DNA from: an uncultured bacterium
GTDB lineage: Bacteria; JAGOEH01
Assembly (NCBI GenBank): GCA_964632485.1
Contig: CAZWDO010000010.1
Span: forward strand, 1-64,000
Length of the DNA: 64,000 nt
Reading direction: 5' to 3'
Shown piece after piece: positions 58,918 through 64,000 of this stretch. Every line of letters begins with the position of its first letter. The first letter of the stretch is position 1. The notes below the pieces were generated by a model that had not been told where the DNA came from, did no database searches, and worked only from the letters and a program-made list of their open reading frames with translations. Made by a program: the position numbers and the translations under genes.

Positions 58918-60909
58918 TCAACTTTGGGTTAAGGGTAGTGTAATAATAAATTCAGTTCCAGCGCCGATCTCAGAGTATAGTTCGATTGATCCCTTATGCT
59001 CCTGAATAATGCCGTAGGTAATCGAAAGTCCCAAGCCGGTACCTGCGCCGACAGCTTTTGTAGTAAAAAAAGGATCAAAGATTTTTTGTCTGATTTCTTC
59101 ACTGATTCCGCTGCCGTTATCTTTGATCGAAATGATAATTTTCAAATCTTCAGCATGGGTGCGGATGATGATTTTTCCATTATCTTTAATGGCATCAACG
59201 GCATTGGCGATAATATTGAGAAATGCCTGATTCAACTTGCCGGGAAAACATTCGATAGACGGCAGAGTATCAGCATATTCTTTGATAATCTCGATGCGAT
59301 TCTTGTATTTGTTTTTAAGAAGCAGAAGGGCTATATCGATACCTTCATGAATATTGGCGTAACAAGGCTTTTCTTCCTCACTGCGGGAAAATTGGCGCAA
59401 TCCCCGGATTATCTCGGCCGTTCGATCGGCCCCGAGTTTAATATCGTTAATAATCATAGGAATCGCTTCGATGGCTTCATTAAATGCGTTTTCCTCTTTG
59501 AGAATTTCGATTTGTTGGAGTTTTTCACTCAGATGCTCATTGTCCGGGGAGAGCGCGCAAATAGCCGTGATGATTGGCTCAATATCCTCAAAATCGCGAA
59601 GCAAGCTATTGATGCCGGCATAGACAAAATTGATGGGATTGTTGATTTCATGGGCGATTCCCGCTGAAAGCACCCCCAGTGATGCCATTTTTTCCGAATG
59701 GACCAGTTTCTGCTGCATTTTTTTTACTTTTTGAAGTGTTTCGGTCAGCTCCTGGTTGTTGTCGATAAGCTTTGAATTTACAGTTCGCAGTTCATCATTC
59801 ATCGTGGAAATCTGCATTTGCTGAATGCGTAATACCTCATTTTTTTGCCGGTTGGTCCGGTAGGCTTTGTATATAAATCCGATGAAGATTAATGTGATGA
59901 TTACAATAATCCCCATTAGATACATAAAAATCCGTTGTTGGCTTATTTTACTATCTTTCTGCCCCAGGAACAGATTGATCTCAGCCAGTACAAGGTTCAT
60001 ACTATCAATGCGTTCCGCTTTGGTTTCCAGTATCTTGTTCCTTTTATCGATTTCGGCTTGTTGTTCGCTGAGTACTGTTCCGTAAAACTTCAGGCTGTCG
60101 GAAAACTGTTTGATTTTGAGTTGCTGATCCTCTAATTGGCGAGTCTGGTTTTTTATGACCTGCTTTTGTTCCTGAATAAATTTCAATTGGGCGGTATGGA
60201 TTTTATTTTGCTTTTCAATATACTCTGACTGCTGATCTGAAAGCTGTTGAATGTGGGCTAAATTTTCATGGCTTTCTTTAAATACGACACTCAGACTTTC
60301 GATTCTGCTTTCAAAACCATTGATTTCTTTTTCCAGTTTTCGCAAATTTTTTTGTGATTTCATGTAAATTCCGGCAACATCGATTTCCGTTCCGCCCATC
60401 AATAGTATCTCTTCCCCGATACCCAGGTTTTGATTCAGGATGTTGGCTTTATTGATCTCAAATCGGATCGTTTTATCTTTAGTTACAAACAGATTGAGCA
60501 TAATAAGGCTTTTATCACGATACTCTTCACTTATCAACAAGATCGGTTTTCCTTCGATCTTGTCGAAAACATCCGGTTGGTAGGTGTTTCGTTCCGCTGA
60601 AATAAATATAAGTTGGGCGTCCAGCATCGATTCGTCCGGCTCGAACAAGACTTCGATTGAAATTGGCTTCTCTTTTATTTTTACAACCTCGGCCATTTGT
60701 TTAAATTCGTTGATGATGGCGTTGTCGGAACTGATCACCACCAGTTTGATGACCCCGTAGTGGGCATCAGGCCAGACGATATGGTTCGCAAAGTTTTTGA
60801 TATAGCTGCCAATTACCTTTTCGTGGAGAATCTGTTCAGGTCGTGAGGTTGCAGGAATCAGCAGAAGCATAAGGGAGATGTAAATCCGTGGGTTGAAAAT
60901 TGAGTTCAT
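58918..60909 (-). CDS. Sensor histidine kinase with periplasmic YfiR/DUF4154-like domain
   Basis: YIKNFANHIVWP...IRFEINK; Gln-rich coiled coil; TM; GIAHEINNP, FDPFFTTK, GTGLGL. Confidence 0.9.
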   Translation of the reverse strand: MNSIFNPRIYISLMLLLIPATSRPEQILHEKVIGSYIKNFANHIVWPDAHYGVIKLVVISSDNAIINEFKQMAEVVKIKEKPISIEVLFEPDESMLDAQLIFISAERNTYQPDVFDKIEGKPILLISEEYRDKSLIMLNLFVTKDKTIRFEINKANILNQNLGIGEEILLMGGTEIDVAGIYMKSQKNLRKLEKEINGFESRIESLSVVFKESHENLAHIQQLSDQQSEYIEKQNKIHTAQLKFIQEQKQVIKNQTRQLEDQQLKIKQFSDSLKFYGTVLSEQQAEIDKRNKILETKAERIDSMNLVLAEINLFLGQKDSKISQQRIFMYLMGIIVIITLIFIGFIYKAYRTNRQKNEVLRIQQMQISTMNDELRTVNSKLIDNNQELTETLQKVKKMQQKLVHSEKMASLGVLSAGIAHEINNPINFVYAGINSLLRDFEDIEPIITAICALSPDNEHLSEKLQQIEILKEENAFNEAIEAIPMIINDIKLGADRTAEIIRGLRQFSRSEEEKPCYANIHEGIDIALLLLKNKYKNRIEIIKEYADTLPSIECFPGKLNQAFLNIIANAVDAIKDNGKIIIRTHAEDLKIIISIKDNGSGISEEIRQKIFDPFFTTKAVGAGTGLGLSITYGIIQEHKGSIELYSEIGAGTEFIITLPLTQS

Positions 60910-60921
60910 ACTTTTTCCCGG

Positions 60922-62889
60922 TTATAAATCATAGGTGATTTTAAACAAAAAAGTGCGTTGCGCCTGGCGAAATCGTGTCGCAGTCAAGTTGGACGAATGG
61001 TAGTATTCCGTATTAAAAATATTTTTTACTGCCAACTGAGCATTAAAATGATAAATATTTATAACTGAAATTGTGGCGCTATACACCTGCGCTGAAGCGA
61101 TAGTTCTGAATTTGATGGGAATTGGAGCCGACGAATTGGGTTTGCTGCCAGTAAAATTGGCTCTGATATTGAATTGCAGATTATTGACCAAATAATAAGT
61201 GATCCCCGCGTTGATGGTTTGTTTGGGGATTTCTGGAACTCTTTCGCGTTTCTCATTGGCGCTGGAAATATAAGTATAATTGCCTAAAAATTTGATCCGT
61301 CGATAAAAATAGTGTGTTGTGAATTCAAATCCTTTGGTTTCTATCTTTCCCTGGTTAATCCATCGATAATCATCGCCGTCCCCTAAGGTCTCTTTGGTGA
61401 TCGCGCTGCTTAGCAAGTTTTTATAACCGGACAAACCGATTTGGGCGTACCGCGAGAGAAAATAGTTGGCGGACAATTCGATTGATTCCATTTCCTCCGG
61501 AACGAGTGAGGGATTGCCTGATCCGTTATAATAGTCCCACGGTTTGGGGGCGCGGAACGCTTGAGCGTAGATCAATTTAAGATTCAGTGGATTTTTGCTG
61601 AAAATTAAAGCGGCGCAGGGTGTTAAAACGTTTTCATAAACACTGCTTCGATCAAAGCGCAACCCGGCGTCAAGTATAAAATATTGCCGGGCTGTTATTT
61701 GGGATTTAATAAAAACACTGATCAGGCTGTTCGTTTCCATGAGTGGCGTCGGTGGTGGCGGTGGCTTGGTCTCGGATGATTCACTGTATGTTATGGAAAA
61801 ATTTTTGGCCAAATGATCGAACTCATAAGAGATACCCCCCGAAAACTGAACGTTTTTCCATTGGTCATAAAGAATGACGCTCTCGGCGCCCAGTAGATAA
61901 TTGGGTCGGTAATAGCCGGTTTGTTCCGTATCAGTTATTTTGAAAATAGTATTGTCGCTTACGGTTGCATTCCGTCCATAGAATGAGGTAGAAAGCGTGA
62001 GATGATCGGAAAGTTCGGTTTCATGTTTGATATACGCATTTAAAAAATAGATATTCCATAGAGTTCCATGATCCTGGTAGGGTGTTCCCACTGAAGGGTA
62101 TTGGGTGGAAACAGAAGATTGTTTGTTTTGGAAGTTAAGGCCCGCAAGAATTGAGTGGGCGCGTATTTTAAAATCCAGGGCATAGTCATCTTCAAATAGC
62201 TCCATGTCGTCGGTCCAGTTGGAGTCGCAGGCATTGCCTCGCAGTTCCGCTTTATGACTGGTTTTAAACATCGTTGAAATCCGCAATAAAAGATTGTTAT
62301 CGATCGAAGTGTAGGCATAATTTGCATTCGCATAGTAGGTGTTAAAACTTCCGGCAAGAATTTCGGCGCTCCTCTCAGGATTGGTTTTGGTGATGATGTT
62401 GATCACTCCCGAGATTGCGTTCGTCCCGTAAATTACGGATAGCGGGCCATAGACGACTTCAATGCGCTCGACATTGGCCAGATTAAATTGTCCGCCGGCA
62501 TAAAAACCGCCAGAATTTAGCTCATTGATCTGAATTCCATCAACTAATAGAAGTGTTAGATTATTTTGATTTGGAATGCCGCGCTGAAAAACATAACTGT
62601 TATACCCTTGGGGATTACGAAATGAAAACCCGGGCAAATCGGCAAGCGCTTCTTCCAGGGTAAAATAACCGTTCGTTTTAATGTCGGCGGCCGTGATAAT
62701 ATGAATTGTCGCCGGGGTCTCCTTGATAATCCGCGGAACTTTCTCGACGAGGCTAACTTCCACCCTGGAGAGTTCGAATAAATTATAGCTATAGGGATCA
62801 TTTGGATCGCTATGAATTTGATGTGGTATAGCGGCCAGCATCAACCATAATCCACAATCTACGGCCAATCTTCTCGACACTTTTTTCAT
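60922..62889 (-). CDS. TonB-dependent receptor
   Basis: Plug motifs LLLVDG, VERIEVVYGP.S..YG.NA.SGVINIIT; AFRAP; VKNIFN. Confidence 0.93.
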   Translation of the reverse strand: MKKVSRRLAVDCGLWLMLAAIPHQIHSDPNDPYSYNLFELSRVEVSLVEKVPRIIKETPATIHIITAADIKTNGYFTLEEALADLPGFSFRNPQGYNSYVFQRGIPNQNNLTLLLVDGIQINELNSGGFYAGGQFNLANVERIEVVYGPLSVIYGTNAISGVINIITKTNPERSAEILAGSFNTYYANANYAYTSIDNNLLLRISTMFKTSHKAELRGNACDSNWTDDMELFEDDYALDFKIRAHSILAGLNFQNKQSSVSTQYPSVGTPYQDHGTLWNIYFLNAYIKHETELSDHLTLSTSFYGRNATVSDNTIFKITDTEQTGYYRPNYLLGAESVILYDQWKNVQFSGGISYEFDHLAKNFSITYSESSETKPPPPPTPLMETNSLISVFIKSQITARQYFILDAGLRFDRSSVYENVLTPCAALIFSKNPLNLKLIYAQAFRAPKPWDYYNGSGNPSLVPEEMESIELSANYFLSRYAQIGLSGYKNLLSSAITKETLGDGDDYRWINQGKIETKGFEFTTHYFYRRIKFLGNYTYISSANEKRERVPEIPKQTINAGITYYLVNNLQFNIRANFTGSKPNSSAPIPIKFRTIASAQVYSATISVINIYHFNAQLAVKNIFNTEYYHSSNLTATRFRQAQRTFLFKITYDL

Positions 62890-63031
62890 GGGATTAACTC
62901 AATATTTTTAGATTGTGGGAAAAAGATGGTTTTAACGGGGGGCTGGGAGCCCTTGAACTTTACCGGTGTTTGTTGTTTCATGCCATGTTGTTGATGATAA
63001 GGTTAAATGAAAGATTTTGGCGCTCTCCTAT

Positions 63032-63122
63032 TCATAATTAATTTAATTATGATTGATAACTAAGTCAAGTTAAAAAAAAATCAAAAAAAATACTTGACAC
63101 ACCGGATTTTATTATTTATATT
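63032..63122. promoter_or_regulatory. Back-to-back divergent promoters with a 21-bp palindrome
   Basis: + strand TTGACA(63094)-17-TATATT; - strand TTGACT(63068)-17-TAAATT; TCATAATTAA-T-TTAATTATGA at 63032-63052. Confidence 0.65.
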
Positions 63123-63142
63123 GCTGTTAATGGAATATGCAA

Positions 63143-63198
63143 TGTTTGAATAAACTAAAATATGATATTTTTAAAGAGTTTTTTAGTTTATTCAAACA
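63143..63198. repeat. 18-bp perfect inverted repeat
   Basis: TGTTTGAATAAACTAAAA (63143-63160) and TTTTAGTTTATTCAAACA (63181-63198). Confidence 0.9.
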
Positions 63199-63230
63199 AT
63201 GAAGAAACTTAACACTAACAAGGAGGCCGA

Positions 63231-64000
63231 ATGATTGCCTGGCGCCGTCTGTTTTTTTTAGGGTGGTTGACCTGGTTTTGCTGTTTCATTCCAGGAACCC
63301 TCTGGTCAGCGAATGGCAAACTCGTGGGACGGATCACAGACCGTGAATCGCGTGAAGCCCTCGTCGGGGCCAGCGTCATAATTGTCGAACAATGGCTCGG
63401 CGATAAATCTTTTCCGCTCCAAACCCTTCAGGGAGCCGCCAGTGACGGCGATGGATACTTCGTTCTGACGAATGTGCCCCCCGGTACCTATAATATCCGC
63501 GCCCAGATGATGGGATACCAAACCCTGGTAAAACAACAGGTGCGCGTAAATTTGGATCGCACCATCACGGTGGATTTTCCATTAGTCCTCAGCGCGATAG
63601 AAGTGGCTGAACAAGTTGTGGTCGCGGAAAAAGAGGTGATTAAAGCCGATATCTCAGGTACTCAGGAAATCATTGTGACTGATCGGATCGATCAAACTCC
63701 GACGACTCGCATGGATGAGTTTATCAATAAAGTAAAAGGTGTTGAATTGAAATCCACGACTGACGGAAATGGTTTAAGTATTCGGGGGGGGCAGATCCGC
63801 GAGACCGATATCCGTCTTGATGGCGTTTCGATGCGTGATCCGCGATCCGATAACTCCTACCTTTCGCTCAATTCCACAACGATTGAGGAAATCCAGGTAC
63901 TTACCGGCGGTTTTGAGGCTAAATATGGCGATATGCGTTCAGGTCTGGTCAATGTCGTTACCCGGGAGGGCTCACGGGAAAAACTGGATATCAATTTCAA
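63231..64000 (+). CDS. TonB-dependent receptor with N-terminal carboxypeptidase-regulatory-like domain (truncated by window end)
   Basis: AGGAGG SD; manual translation GKLVGRITD..ALVGASV...NVPPGTY..MMGY...LSIRGG...IEEIQVLTGGFEAKYG...VNVVTREG; absent from the ORF track. Confidence 0.9.
   Translation, partial: MIAWRRLFFLGWLTWFCCFIPGTLWSANGKLVGRITDRESREALVGASVIIVEQWLGDKSFPLQTLQGAASDGDGYFVLTNVPPGTYNIRAQMMGYQTLVKQQVRVNLDRTITVDFPLVLSAIEVAEQVVVAEKEVIKADISGTQEIIVTDRIDQTPTTRMDEFINKVKGVELKSTTDGNGLSIRGGQIRETDIRLDGVSMRDPRSDNSYLSLNSTTIEEIQVLTGGFEAKYGDMRSGLVNVVTREGSREKLDINF

Noticed and set aside
63306-63536. 76-aa minus-strand ORF
   Set aside because: Shadow of the + strand TonB receptor that runs off the window

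Overview
Bacterial, probably metagenome-assembled sequence (10-N gap at 13842-13851). T9SS-type/FlgD-Ig C-terminal sorting domains, a PorV-family barrel and TonB receptors suggest an FCB-superphylum organism (inference). All calls rest on motif recognition by eye; no database searches were run. Layout: (1) 1-2.1 kb: C-terminal end of an Rpn-like gene, a frameshifted locus, and a stand-alone sigma-54 RpoN-box fragment with an internal TAG. (2) 2.4-25.9 kb: one long + strand operon encoding an Opp/Dpp-type ABC importer with enlarged ATPases, a TolB-like propeller, two giant CTD-bearing surface proteins, a PorV-family barrel, a poly-zinc-ribbon lipoprotein and TPR-like proteins. (3) 26-48.8 kb, the best candidate for an undescribed system: a chemosensory pathway (CheY, REC-CheA with three CheW-like modules, long MCP, HEAT protein, CheR, REC-less CheB) embedded among six predicted ion channels, none with a TVGYG filter. 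These are three tandem CASTOR/POLLUX-like channels, a pentapeptide-repeat channel, an RCK channel with a separate soluble RCK subunit, and an apparent voltage-sensor/bestrophin-like fusion. (4) 49-64 kb: a CTD surface protein, an Rpn remnant, a NIF-like HAD protein, a MerR plus VIT-vWA pair, a double PspC protein, a TonB receptor/YfiR-like kinase phosphorelay operon, and a divergent truncated TonB receptor. No rRNA, tRNA or CRISPR array was seen.
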